This document shows, in pieces, positions 12,480 through 26,283 of a stretch of DNA of 64,000 nucleotides (positions within the stretch are counted from its first letter, which is position 1; each line of letters opens with the position of its first letter). Source of the stretch: Octopus sinensis (Eukaryota); contig NC_043000.1 of NCBI RefSeq assembly GCF_006345805.1, forward strand, positions 102,734,001-102,798,000, written 5' to 3'. The notes beneath the pieces are model-generated. The model was not told the DNA's origin. It worked only from the letters and a program-made list of their open reading frames with translations, and made no database searches. The position numbers and the translations under genes are program-made.

Positions 12480-13400
12480 TTTGTGCAAGGTTTTTGGTGT
12501 TTTAAAAACCTATCGTAATTCGGTGTGAATTGACAATGGAATGCTTTGTTGTGTTCAAACCAGAATGCTTTGTTACTGTACTTAACAAAGCACTCTGGTT
12601 TGCACACAATAAAGTAGGTCTCACCCGAAATGAAATTAATGTGGTGTTAGCTGCCAGAAAATCAATCATTAAATTTGAAAATAAGTTCTGGATCCGTAAA
12701 AATACGCCTGATAGTTTTGATGTCACGATAGGAAGTTGTGACTCAGAACAATTGGCTGATTTGGTCGGTATATATATCTTTCATGAGATGGCTGACCAAT
12801 TCCCAAACATCAATGGAGGTTTATATTGTGATGATTGTCTACTATATCTTCAAAATGTATCTAACCAAAAATTACAACAGGTTAAAAATAGGTTGTTTAA
12901 ATTATTCGGAAGCATGGGCTTAAAGTACTATTTTCGATGATGATATAAATAAAGCCAACTTTTTAGATATTACCCTTAACTTATATAATGATTCATATTT
13001 CCCACACCATAAACCCTCAACTAATTTAAAATATATTAGCCTTTTCAGTAATCATCCGAATACTATTACAAGAAACTTAGAAATATTTCACTTAGACTTT
13101 CTAGATTATATACTAATGTTGATCTTTAACGATATAGCCGAATTTTATAACTCTGCCTTACTTAAAGCAGGCTATAAAGAAAAAATTACGTATATCAACC
13201 CTATTGACATTAATTCTGCCTCTATTAATCAGGACATGAAAACACATCATAACGGTAATAACAATATAAATTTTAGTTCGAATAATAACGGTAAATCGGA
13301 AAATATATTTTTGCAGCGTAAGGGAGATAACCGTTCTTTATTTCCCTTTATACGTAATAAAATTAAATCTAGGACTTTAAAGATAATTACCTAAATAACA
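12480..13400 (+). mobile_element. Penelope-like reverse transcriptase fragment, frameshifted
   Basis: FDVTIGSCD..LADLVGIYI, GLYCDDCL, NFLDITLNL and SNHP motifs typical of PLE RTs. Confidence 0.85.
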
Positions 13401-13436
13401 AGGTGGATTCTAGTTAAACAATTTGGTTGATCGTTC

Positions 13437-14535
13437 CATTTGATAAGCAGATCAAATCCGACCATCCTTATCAGTTTTGTGCTCTTTCAAAGGTGTCGAT
13501 CCCCTCCTTAACCTGCTTCCTCCATCTATGGCGATGGTAGGCATTGCTCCCCCAGTCTGTCACATACATATCACAGACCTTTAATGAGGATTTGACACAG
13601 TCCTTAAATCGCAGCCTTGGTTTCTGCCGGAGTCTCTTTCTACTAACAAGTTCTCCATATAGCATCTGTTTAAGGATTTTGCTATCCTTCATTCTAATAA
13701 GGTGTCCAGTCCAACGTAACTGGTGCTTGTGCATCATCACCTTAATACTCAAGATATCAGCTCTCTTCAGGACCTGTGTATCTGGAGTTTTTAAGGTTCA
13801 GCCAATATTCAGAATGCGCCCCAGACATCTCTGATGAAAGCGTTCAAGGACTTTTACATGACGTTTGTAAAGGGTCCATGCCTCACAGGAACGATATCAG
13901 TACACATGCACGGTACACAGCAATTTTTGTTTGCCTTGTGATGCCATGCTGGGACCAGACACGACACTCAAGAGACCGGAAGGAATCAGTTGCTCTCTAC
14001 AGCATGAAATATATTTCATCATCCAGAGAGCAAGAACGGCTGGGTGTGCTGCCCAGGTATACAAACTTGTCAACCACTTTCAGTATTGTTCCTTCAACCA
14101 AGATAGCTGGTTCCACTTACGGATTTTTTGGTGCAGGCTGGAACGTTACAACAGTCTTGTCCAGGCTAAAGTTGAGCCCAAATGTCTTGCACGAAGCAGA
14201 AATACGATCCATGAGTATTTGCATGCCATCTACCTTATGAGTGACTAAGTCACAATCATCTGCATAAAGGAGGTCACGAATAAGAGACTGAAAACTTTTG
14301 AATTGGCAGTAAATCGGCTCAGATTAAAGAGGCGGCCAGGATATCGTTAACCGGACATATATTCCCAGAGAGCTAACCTTAGCAAAAGCATGAGTAAAAG
14401 CAGCACCAAAGTACAAAGAAAAGAGAGTTGGGTCAAGGATGTCACTCTGCTTGACACAATTCTCAACAGGAATGAGTCCCTCCATGCCACCACCAACATT
14501 GACCCAAGCCTCCACCCTATCATGAAATGATTTAA
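13437..14535 (-). mobile_element. RTE (BovB-like) LINE, 5'-truncated and degenerate
   Basis: VKQSDILDPTLFSLYF, LLYADDC and LRWTGHLIRM..KQMLYGEL..PRLRFKD across frames. Confidence 0.9.
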
Positions 14536-14537
14536 TT

Positions 14538-14917
14538 ATACATACATACATACATACATACATACATACAAACATACATACACACACACACACACACATA
14601 CATACATATACATACATACATACATACATACATACATACATACATACATACATACATACGTACACACACACATACATACATATATACTTACACACATACA
14701 TACATACATACATACATACATACATACATACATACATACATACAACATACATACATACATACATACATACATACATACATACATACATACGTACACACAC
14801 ACATACATACATATATACTTACACACATACATACATACATACATACATACATACATACATACATACATACATACATACATACATACGTACGTACGTACAT
14901 ACAAGCATACATACATA
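14538..14917. repeat. Compound (CATA)n microsatellite
   Basis: Direct observation, with repeated internal interruptions. Confidence 0.95.
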
Positions 14918-15403
14918 TAATGTAAGTTTGGACTTGGTAAAAATCCATTGGTAAAATCTCAGCGTATTCACAGATAAGGTCAAATATGTTCCATCCACTG
15001 TTTCAGTCTCATAGCTGCGGTCATGCTGGGGCACCACCGTTGATATACATCATATTAATATCAAGATTTCTATAACTAATAGCCAAGCAAATCAATCAGA
15101 GCCAGCTGCTGTGCATGCAGAAATACCATCACATAACCAAGTAATTAGTCAAGTGATGCAGAGACACTTACCTCCAATAAACCAAAGTGGAAGTCATCTG
15201 CACGAAACTAAAACTGGAAACTCTACAGAAATGCTATATGGGCATGATAAAAAAAAACATGTAACAAAATTGTATAATTACAACTGATAATTAATAGGAA
15301 ATACGACTTTTTTAAAGTGAATTGGAAAATCTGAGAGATTGAAGTTATGTAAAAACGGAAGAAGAGAATGTGATCAATGTAAGTCTAAGAAAAGTTCTTT
15401 TAA

Positions 15404-16763
15404 CTCTTTCAAGCTGAGTGGTACAAATAAAGTATCACTTATTTGTACCAGTTTAATGAGTGGTGGTATATAATTCGTACCGAAACTTAAAATTCTTTTC
15501 GCTGCATGGTCGGTAGCTCAGAAAACGCACCACTTCAACTATCAGCCAATCAGAGGCTACCCTTACATCTGGCAACAATTTCTGCGATACAAACGGAATA
15601 TTTGTTCAGTTGAACCCATTTTGTGCCAAAGGTGAGTCGACGAAAAAACAAGAATAAAAATTTTTGTTATAAATTTGTTTATTGAAGTGAAGGTAAGAAG
15701 TTTTTTTTAATATATATTTTGCTTATTAAATGTATTTAGCATAATTATAGGTAAATTATTGAAATTTGAACGTTTATATTTAGTTAAGTTGGTGGTACGT
15801 TGTTAGAGCTACTGAGCAGCCAAATAAACAAACACGTGTTCGTGCAATGAAGAGTTGATTTAGGATTGAAGAATTAATATGTATTTTTTATACTTTTATA
15901 CAATATAAACGTTTGTATGAAATTGAAAAGGGTGAAATTTCCTCAATCTTATAAGAATGACAAAGACTTGGAAAGAGGTGAACATGACTGGTTTATTTCT
16001 GATGATGGGATTTCGGCTAAGAGAGTGATATATGCTACTTCAACTTTTCACGATCCCACTGAAATATGCCAAGTTTCAAGGTGAGGAAAGCTCCAAATAA
16101 ACTGTCCACTTATGATAAAGGATTACAACTTAAATATTAATTGTGTAGATAAGTTTTACCAGCTAAAGAAAATCTATGAAATAGACCTTAAAAGTCACAA
16201 ATGGTGACACAGAATACTTTTTACTTTCTTGATGCAGCAATTGTAAACGCTATCATACTTCATAAGAAGTACAGGACAGCAATGTGACACTGAAAAGCAT
16301 TCAGATTGGAAGTTATTGATGGCTTAGCAGCAGAATCTATTGTACTAAAGAGAAAGACAAAAGGGCTTTCAGTATAAAGGGCGAGAGCCTCATGCTTTAG
16401 AGATTAGAAAGAGTCGGATCAATAAGAGGAACTAGAAGGAGGCGTGCTTTGTGCAGTTCAAAAGCTAGACAAATCAGAACAGAGTGTAAATGTTCTATTT
16501 GCGAAGTTCCTCTCTGTCTTGTTAAAAAGAAGCAATGTTTCCAAGATTATCACAAATAAAGGTGTACCTATTGTTTGGTGGTACAAATTTTAGACCACCT
16601 CCACTAAGTCAAAGTTATATATATATTTTGTAATTTCCAACTAGAAACGCTTAATTTAATTAATAATAAAGGACAAATTTATGTGTGGTCAATATAAGGT
16701 CAATGAATAAATTTTTGCCCTTCTAGATTTTTTTTTAGCCTATCTATCTCGCCCCTGAAAGAC
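15404..16763 (+). mobile_element. Internally deleted piggyBac-type DNA transposon
   Basis: TTAA at 15400-15403 and 16764-16767. Short TIRs are CTCTTTCA and GTCTTTCA. Remnants include IKDYN..CVDK, FLDAAIVNA and a Cys-rich C-terminus (CSICEVPLCL..CFQDYH). Confidence 0.85.
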
Positions 16764-17131
16764 TTAAAGCTTTTAACTTTCTAAGCTCTAGATCTGAAAG
16801 TTTCACAAAATACCAGGACTTTGACAAGCACTTTGAAACACTGGAACTCGTTGTCATCACTAGACTATGCTATAATCCTTATGATCACACGCAACCCATC
16901 GGATTTTTACCCTCCTATTCCGTACATCTGAACTCTTCATACTTTTAAATTCATAAATAAATGTATATATGGGTTTAATATGCGTGTATTCCTATAAATA
17001 TCTATGTATGTGTTCATGTTCCTATACATACAAAATATATTAACAAATAGTATTGAATTAACCTTAACTCCACAAATAATTAACATTCTTGATTTCCTTT
17101 CACGCTTTTTACTGTCATATTTTAATTTCGT

Positions 17132-17165
17132 TATTATTATTATTATTATTATTATCATTATTATT

Positions 17166-17210
<45 letters not shown>

Positions 17211-17255
17211 ATCATTATTATTATTATTATTATTATATTATTATTATTATTATTA
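17132..17255. repeat. (TAT)n-(GTT)n-(TAT)n compound microsatellite
   Basis: Direct observation. Confidence 0.95.
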
Positions 17256-18610
17256 TACTTAAATTCTCCTTCTTCCTTTTCGTATCCTCTGTATCCCATT
17301 TTTCCTTTTCTCATCCTAACTTCTCTTCTCACCCTTTTCATTCTCTTCCTTTTAGCCATTTTTAGACGTATTCTTCCATATTTTTTTGTTGTTGATATTT
17401 TCAAATTTTCTAACAATAAAGGGAACCAAATTATTTTATCTATTAAGAGTTATTTCCTCTTACAATGGTCATATCCCAACATGCAGCAACTGGAAGTTGT
17501 ACATACATATATGCATACACTCACATACATACACACATACATAGATACACAGACGCATACACATCTTCAAATGATCCAGTTTGAGCTTGATCAAGTAAAT
17601 TATCCGATGCGTGTCTAATAGTTTAATTACGTAGGAAACTCATAATAACAAGGCATATTATTTTATAATTAGTATTACTTTATATCTGTATGCGCGGGCT
17701 CGTGTATGTTTATTTTTCGCCAACGTATATCATCAAAATATATAAATATCAGTTTGGAGACAGTAACAAACTGACGGGAGAATACTTTCCTCGCTGGTGG
17801 TCTTCTGCAAGTGTTGGAAAATTTTATCTAAAACTGTTGGGCAAATACTTATAATTTATCATTTCAAAACCATGTCCGCACGCCCATAATGTAGCTGATG
17901 GCTATTTCTTTCAGCCCGGTCATGCTTATATTGCAGCTAATTATATCAGGTAGTTTTCCATGAAATTCGTAACTTTTAGTTTTCACCTATAATTTATTTA
18001 TTGCTTATTTTTATTTCAATTGTATCTCTCAGTCACTGCTCCGGCATTTATTTTTTGTCGTTAATTTCCTAAATTGGCTTTTCATTTCGTCCACACAACT
18101 GGGGCACAATTCCAAGCTCAAAGTTAAAGAACAATACAATAAAATTGATAAAGTATTGTCACCATAAAAACTATTTCTCACTATGTTAAATTCAGACAGG
18201 CGTTAGAAATCGGGTGTCGTTTGTAACAATTAGAAAAGCAATCGCTTTAAATACCACCAGAAAAATTCTGTATGTGTATGAATTCGGAAAAGACTGCGGT
18301 AGGTAAGTAAATTGGTTCTGTTAGACATAATGTCATCCCACCACTGTTGAATGGGATAATGCTGTAAAGAAATAGAATGAAAATTACACAAACTGGGGTC
18401 ATTTTCTTTTCCTTTTTCTTCCTTTTACTTTGTAAAAAGTGTTGCTCGAAAGAAAAAAAAAATCTTTTTTATCGTCTGTGCCTGATTTCAGCTTTATTTA
18501 CGGCAGTCAAATAGTCAAATAGAATAGAATAAGGTGTAAAAATAGGGTAATAGAGAGAGGCAGAAAGAGAAACGGAAAGAAAGATATAAAATACACAATC
18601 AAAGAGGGAG

Positions 18611-18646
<36 letters not shown>

Positions 18647-20271
18647 ACGCGATGAATGAAGAAAGACAGTGTGAGCAACCAAAAAAACACACAAAACAAA
18701 GCAAAACAAAAAACGAGAGAATGTGAGATAAAGGGGCGGGGCAAGAAGAAATAGGATAAATATGCACGTAGAAGAATGATTAATGATTACGAGAATATAG
18801 TGATTCAAGAGATTCTAGTTCTAATTGCCTTCTCCAGGAGCGTGGGTTCATTTGAGTCAACCATCGCAAGCTAATGACTTTTTTTAGGAAAAAAGAACCG
18901 CTTGGCATTAATGCTCTGGCCTTGCTGTTTATGAAAGTGAGTTGTATTTTTCACTAAGACAAGTGGGCTTCTTAGGATTGAGTATCTATATCTAGTCACA
19001 GTACAACGCAGATGAAGTCAATCGAACCACCAGAAACCTTTGGTTGAGAAGTTGTTAACTGAAAAATCTTTCGGCTTTAGGCATGCAGATAGCAGTTGAG
19101 TAACTTAATCTGTGCCAACTAATCTTGTACGTTTACTCAGTAAGGATTATTCGATATTTCTTATGTCATTACTGCGATAAGTATGGTAAAAGGCTGTATT
19201 TCGCAGATGTTGTTATAATAAAGCCGAAACATGCTAGAAGTTATCATCCATACTTTCCCAAAAATTAAAATTCACATTTTTTAATGGCTAGTATGCTTTT
19301 TTTTTCTATCACGCTACAGTCACTACTACTATGCTTTTTAATAATACTCTATATTAAATACGAACTAATATTTTTCATACGCATGGCGTCTCTGAATATA
19401 TTATTCTCTAAGGAATTCTGATTTTCTACGCTACCAGTGTACAGTTTTGTACATTCATTTATTCAACCTTCTTCGGCAAATACGAAGAGAGTTATCTTTC
19501 GTTGATGAAATCATAAGTCCGAACTATATTTGGAGTCGCCTCCCGCACTTGTCGAAAAGTGAAAATAACATTCACCATTGATTAGCTTAGTTTTCTATTC
19601 CTCGCAAGTAATTTTATCTTGCTTCTTGTTTAACGGTCCTTAGTTTACTTATTTTAACATTAATTTAACTACTTAAGTATAGATTTGGGTTAAGAAAGAC
19701 GATAATAAATATTGTGGAGAGAAAGCACTGTGATCTACAATACAACACTTTCTCACAGCCAAACATCTAGGACGCCTAAGACGGCTATCCGTGCCCAGTA
19801 CGACGATGCTCACAAGCTCACTTCAGCCTCTGGTTCAGTGATTGCCTTTCATCTAATTCTGTCTTTTCTACTACTACTACAGCGACCTCTGCTCTTTGCA
19901 AGTAGCTGATATGTTCCACCTTTACCTAGTCCGACACAGTTCATTCGAAGATGAATATTCTTTCTCTGATGACGGTCTAATAAGATAACAAACTAATTAA
20001 ATTGAGCCAACGTGCACTGTACTTCTAAGAATTGATGGCAGTGAGATTTGGTTTCTATGCGGCGAGCGGACAGCTATCACTGAAGAGACGCAATACGACG
20101 AAATAATATGATCTGGCAGTTCAGCCGACCATAGCTGACGATTCTCGTCAGTCAATAATATAAACCTGTGTGCTTTTATGCACCATGCGTCCATATGCAC
20201 AGTATTCGGTTTTATAACAAAACATCCACGTTAAGTTCGATCTAAAGATACTTACATACATTTACATATAT

Positions 20272-20797
20272 ATACATGGTGGCTGCCCCTTCGTTATCGA
20301 GTATGGCCATCGTACGAAGCTTAATCAATCTTGTTATCGTGCAATGCCTGTGCAAGAACATTTTTTTAAAGTGAGGAAAGGCTGTGCACTGAGTCAATCC
20401 CACTCACTAAGCAACATCAGCCATAATCCGAAAAGAAGAACAAGTCAACATCATCGGTAACCACTGAGCCGTAGTTACCTTCTCCTAGAAGGATGCCCTA
20501 ACAAAGGCTAGGAGTCCTTCACTCCCAATGGTTTAACCGCGCGATCGGGCATTCAGTCCGATTATTTCTATGTTCCCGCGCATGATACATCCTTAAGACA
20601 TTTATTGGATGGCCGTTGACTCTCAAGAGTTCCTCCGCCCTTTGACGGGTTTTGTTTTTCAACCCGCAGGGTGTCCAATAAACACCCTCCTCACCAAGCA
20701 AGCTTGGTGGGGTTGCCGGTTTAGTCGCCGACGACCCGACCATGCAACAGGTTGTACTGGATTACATGTTACCAGTAGCACTCGAAAGTGACCTGAC

Positions 20798-20800
<3 letters not shown>
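20272..20800 (-). mobile_element. Short non-autonomous RTE-derived element (5'UTR-like region joined to an RTE 3' tail)
   Basis: The last ~50 bp match the 3' tail of the RTE fragment at 49370-49425. No RT coding remnant is visible. Confidence 0.55.
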
Positions 20801-20879
<79 letters not shown>

Positions 20880-21082
20880 CATTTATTAAAACAGGCATAT
20901 TTACATGCCTACATATATTCATATATATGTATATATATATTATACACATACATACATACATACATACATACAAGAAGAGAGGATGAGGAGAGAGAGAGAG
21001 AGAGAGTAGTGAGGAGATAGATAGACAAACAGATCGTTCATGTTGCACTCGTTAATATTCATTTATCAATATATATTTATAT

Positions 21083-21312
21083 AGACACAGACAAAAACAT
21101 ATTCACAGTAATTACATCTATTCACTTACAAAAATGATATTTTCGTGTCTTCAGCATTGTATATGCAATATGTACAAAACCAAAGAAAGAGATTATTGCT
21201 AAATTTTCGTGTTGACGAATAGCTGTTTTATTTTTGTGTTATTTTCTTCTTCTTCAGTATATGAGAAATTTTCAGGGTATAATGAATCCATTATAAGGAA
21301 AGGATACTATTT
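21083..21312 (+). repeat. Local direct duplication, copy 1 (copy 2 at 22072-22302)
   Basis: ~230 bp, roughly 90% identical by eye. Confidence 0.85.
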
Positions 21313-21596
21313 TAGCCAGTTTGTAGTTGGAAATTCTGCCACAGATATCATTGGAAATGCCTGCCAGCAATCGCTATTAGTAATAGTTTGTTAAAAATTG
21401 CAAAACAATCTTTAAAAGATGGGATCCTTTTCTGACGGGCAAAAACTACATCTTCTGGAACCGGGGATGCGTGTTCTATTACGAAGCAATGTATTTTATA
21501 ATTCTTACTTAACGTACCAGATACCAGTGAATCCAAAATCTATTTAGGTCATCCTGAAAACCCCACTAAAAAAGGATTATCTCAACTTATATATAT

Positions 21597-21900
21597 GCGG
21601 TGTGGCTTGTGGTAAGAAGCTGACTTTCCAACCACATAGTTCCGAGTTCAGTCCCACTGCGTGGCACCTTGGGCAAGTACCTTCTACTATAGCCATGAGC
21701 TGACCAAAGCCCTGAGAATGGATTTGGTAGATGGAAACTGAAAGAAGTCCACCGTGTGTATGTATGTATGTATGTGCGTTTTTGTGTCTGTGTTTGTTCC
21801 CCAGTACCGCTTGACAACCGGTGTTGGTGTGTTTACGTCCCTGTAACTTAGCGGTTCGGCTAAAGAGGCCGAGAGAATAATTACTTGGCTTTAAAATTAT
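21597..21900 (+). mobile_element. SINE family A, 3'-truncated
   Basis: Head and core match the consensus. It lies between the two duplicated segments. Confidence 0.8.
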
Positions 21901-22034
21901 TATAATCACAGGATGTGAGTACGAGTCTCATGGCTGGCCACCGACTCATTTTTCTGCAAAATATGGGTAGTTTATCCTGTTCATGCTTATATAAGCATTA
22001 TCCTGCGTTTGAGAATAAAATTATTTCCTGATCT

Positions 22035-22080
<46 letters not shown>

Positions 22081-22869
22081 AAAGCATATTCATAGTAATT
22101 ACATCTATTCACTTACAAAAATGATATTTTCGTGTCTTCAGCATTGTATATGAAATATGTACAGAACCAAAAAAAAGAGATATTTGCTAAATTTTCGTGT
22201 TGACGAATACCTGTTTTGTTTTTGTGTTATTTTCTTCTTCTTCAGTATATGAGAATTTTTCAGGGTATAATGAATCCATTATAAGGAAAGGATACTATTT
22301 TAGGGTTTTGGTCGATTTGTTCGACCAAAACCCTTTAAGCAATCAAATGACTGAAATAAATAAAAGATTAACGATAAAAGATAAAAGGTGAATTCAAAAA
22401 ACCCAAAAAGCCACTCTATCATCTTACTACTGGAGTATATATTACACGTGCGAGCGCGCACACATACACATACATACAAACACACACATACACTCACACA
22501 CACGCACACACATGCATTAGGCTAGGGCAGCTTTTAAAAAAGTTTTGGAACTTGTCTTTCTCTTCTTCTGTATGACACATAGATGTCAATTGTCAGGCTA
22601 ACTGATCACCATATGTGTGTGTGTGTGTGTGTGGTGTGTAAATATATATGTATATATATTTTCTCTCTAGTTCAGCTCAGAGCTGCGGCCATGCTGATGC
22701 ACCGCCGTTCATATATATATATAAGTAGGTGAATGAATTATCCTATGTTTATCGTCAGCATGGAAAATTCGTTTAACCGAAACCTGGGTAGCAAATTCAC
22801 GTCAGAAAACACGGTTGAAGCGACCTGTCAAGGGTAGAAACTCCGAGTTCATGTGCAGAAATTTGTGTG

Positions 22870-23850
22870 TTGTATATGAATAAATGAAAAGAATGGAGTC
22901 GAACGAAGATGTTAACAAAATTCCTTTACTCTCGACACATGTTTCGAAGACAGCATATTTTCATTCCGAAGGAATAAAGAGTGCATTATGCAATCTTCTC
23001 ATCAGGACAGTAAGGGAGCCTCTCTCGACAACAAGACAAACAAAAAATTTCGATGATTGCCTACATGGTAAACAGAGCGATAATGAGTGGTTTTTTTTTA
23101 ATCCGTTAGGAGAATTGACGTCAAAAATGTAGGGGACAGTATGTTTGCTGTATGTATGGAAATATGTGGGTGTGTGCTTGTGTTAATGAGTGCGTGTGAT
23201 TGTGTGTATGTGTGTGTATAACTGTATTTGTGTCTGTGTGTGTGAGAGAGAGACAGACGTCAAAGATAGATAGTAGTAAGGGAAGGCTTAGGAAAGAATT
23301 TCTCTATAGCAGTGGGGTGGACGTGAAGCTTATTGTTCAAACCACAGTGACAACCGTTATCATTTATATGAGTAGAAAGTGTGTTTCTGCCAGTGTTTAC
23401 ATTTGTACGATTTTTCTATGAGTGTGTTTACTAGGGGAACCTTAGCGAAAAGAATATGGAAGAGTTCAGAGTTACAAATGTTACAAAATCTCCTGCCCTT
23501 ATTAAAAGGAAAGGATACAGACAATATGAACCAATCTAACTTGAAAATTATATTATTGTCTTTAAGACGCCAAACTAATTTACTTAGCCCTGTACTATGT
23601 CGTTTTTTCCTATCCCTGAATGTCGAATAGTGGTTAGAAATTCTCTTGGATAACTGAGAAGTGGACGCTCCTATATAAAAGAAAACGTCGGTACCGGAAG
23701 AAATTCTACACTGGTAAATGGAATTCTTAATCTTAGAAATAGTGTAGTGTTTAGCGCTAATAATAATAGAAACAACAATCATAACAATAAAAACTTCGTC
23801 TCGATCTCGGAGGACAACCCTAACAGAATTAATTTTTTGTCTAGTAATTC
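22870..23850 (-). mobile_element. Penelope-like 3' portion with GIY-YIG endonuclease ORF (23360-23782) and 3'UTR
   Basis: SIYQC..FFYIGAST..KRISNH..LSKLVWRLKD..CNICNSE is a GIY-YIG domain with the PLE C-terminal Cys motif. Confidence 0.85.
22923..23015 (-). ncRNA. Type I hammerhead ribozyme motif
   Basis: ttactgtc-CTGATGA-gaaga..tcttc-GAAA-c(atgt)g-TC-gagagtaa. Confidence 0.7.
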
Positions 23851-24211
23851 TAAGATTAAGAATTCCATTTACCAGTGTAGAATTTCTTCCGGTACCGACG
23901 TTTTCTTTTATATAGGAGCGTCCACTTCTCAGTTATCCATACTTTCCCAAAAATTAAAATTCACATTTTTTAATGGCTAGTATGCTTTTTTTTCTATCAC
24001 GCTACAGTCACTACTACTATGCTTTTTAATAATACTCTATATTAAATACGAACTAATATTTTTCATACGCATGGCGTCTCTGAATATATTATTCTCTAAG
24101 GAATTCTGATTTTCTACGCTACCAGGGTACAGTTTTGTACATTCATTTATTCAACCTTCTTCGGCAAATACGAAGAGAGTTATCTTTCGTTGATGAAATC
24201 ATATGTCCGAA

Positions 24212-25077
24212 CTAGAATTTCTTCCGGTACCGACGTTTTCTTTTATATAGGAGCGTCCACTTCTCAGTTATCCAAGAGAATTTCTAACCACTATTCGACA
24301 TTCAGGGATAGGAAAAAAACGACATAGTACAGGGCTAAGTAAATTAGTTTGGCGTCTTAAAGACAATAATATAATTTTCAAGTTAGATTGGTTCATATTG
24401 TCTGTATCCTTTCCTTTTAATAAGGGCAGGAGATTTTGTAACATTTGTAACTCTGAACTCTTCCATATTCTTTTCGCTAAGGTTCCCCTAGTAAACACAC
24501 TCATAGAAAAATCGTACAAATGTAAACACTGGCAGAAACACACTTTCTACTCATATAAATGATAACGGTTGTCACTGTGGTTTGAACAATAAGCTTCACG
24601 TCCACCCCACTGCTATAGAGTATTTTTGATGTCTGTCTCTCTCTCACACACACAATCACACACACAGACACAAATACAGTTATACACACACACATACATA
24701 CATACACACACAAACACACGCACTCATTAACACAAGCACACACCCACACATTTCCATACGTACAGCAAACATACTGTCCCCTAGCCATTATTACTTTATC
24801 CCTTTCCTTCCTCCTACTATCCATTTTTGACGTCAATTCTCCTAACGGATTTTTTAAAAAAAACACTCATTATCGCTCTGTTTACCATGTAGGCAATCAT
24901 CGAAATTTTTTGTTTGTCTTGTTGTCGAGAGAGGCTCCCTTTCTTTCCTGATGAGAAGATTGCATAATGCACCCTTTATTCCTTCGGAATGAAAATATGC
25001 TGTCTTCGAAACATGTGTCGAGAGTAAAGGAATTTTGTTAACATCTTCGTTCGACTCCATTCTTTCATTTATTCATA
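24212..25077 (+). mobile_element. Inverted second copy of the Penelope 3' portion
   Basis: Reverse complement of about 22870-23705, with several indels. Confidence 0.9.
24938..25030 (+). ncRNA. Type I hammerhead ribozyme motif
   Basis: CTGATGA at 24948-24954, stem II gaaga/tcttc, GAAA at 25008-25011 and GUC at 25017-25019. Stem I is ctttc/gagag plus ccttt/aaagg. Confidence 0.75.
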
Positions 25078-25079
25078 TA

Positions 25080-25153
<74 letters not shown>

Positions 25154-25209
25154 ATATATTTTCTCTCTAGTTTCAGCTCAGAGCTGCGGCCATGCTGATG
25201 CACCGCCGT

Positions 25210-25259
<50 letters not shown>

Positions 25260-25748
25260 TAATTAATAAATAAATAAAATGTAGTATATATACGTTTTAT
25301 TTCTTCTTCTTCTTCTTCTTCTAATTATTATTATTATTATTATTATTATTATTTTGCACATTACTTAATCATTGGTATATGTTTTATCTTATATTTAATC
25401 TTAACTTAAACAATACAACTTGATCGCGTGTGGTAGTTGTTTCTCATAAATTTCAAAGTGAAAAAGTTGAGAAAGTTAGGAAAGGAACAGATAGAAAATG
25501 TTGAATTGGTTTCGAATCCTGACTTAGAATCTAAGGAGCTATTTATTACACACACACAAACATATATATATATATATATATATTATAATATATATATATA
25601 TATATATATACATATACATAAACACGAATGTTAACGCGTACAGCATGAACGATCTGTCTATTTATCTATCTCCTTACTATTCTCTTTCCTCATCCTCTTT
25701 TCCATGTATGTATGTATGAATAATATGTATATGTATGTACACATACAC

Positions 25749-25793
<45 letters not shown>

Positions 25794-25797
25794 TTGC

Positions 25798-25845
<48 letters not shown>

Positions 25846-26056
25846 GTATGTATATTTACACATGCATACACATATATGTGTGAATGTATATGTGTATAAT
25901 ATAAGTACACTAAACAATGACTCTTAGACCGGTCTTGCTTCTTAGAATTCGTTGTGGATTATTACAGCAAAGTTTGGTACATACACACATACATATGTAT
26001 GTATACACACACACACAAGCACACACTCATGCACACACATGCACACTCATGCACAT

Positions 26057-26087
<31 letters not shown>

Positions 26088-26238
26088 AAGATATATTTGC
26101 TGTTAAAAAGGTTAAACAAACATCACACTACAATGCCAAAATAACATCTTTTATTACCTTTCCTTCGTTCCTTCAGTAACTGACTACATTTCGTTGAAAC
26201 ATGAAACTAGGAAACTAGCTGTGGGATGACAACTCATC

Positions 26239-26283
<45 letters not shown>

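Noticed and set aside
14324-15037. MYVC-repeat ORFs
   Set aside because: Translation of (CATA)n. Only the RTE remnant portion is meaningful.
17004-17618. 204-aa ORF and antisense 159-aa ORF
   Set aside because: Driven by stop-free TAT/GTT microsatellites. No domain.
17912-17950. Small plus-strand exon-like segment (PGHAYIAANYI)
   Set aside because: Too short, isolated, and expected by chance.
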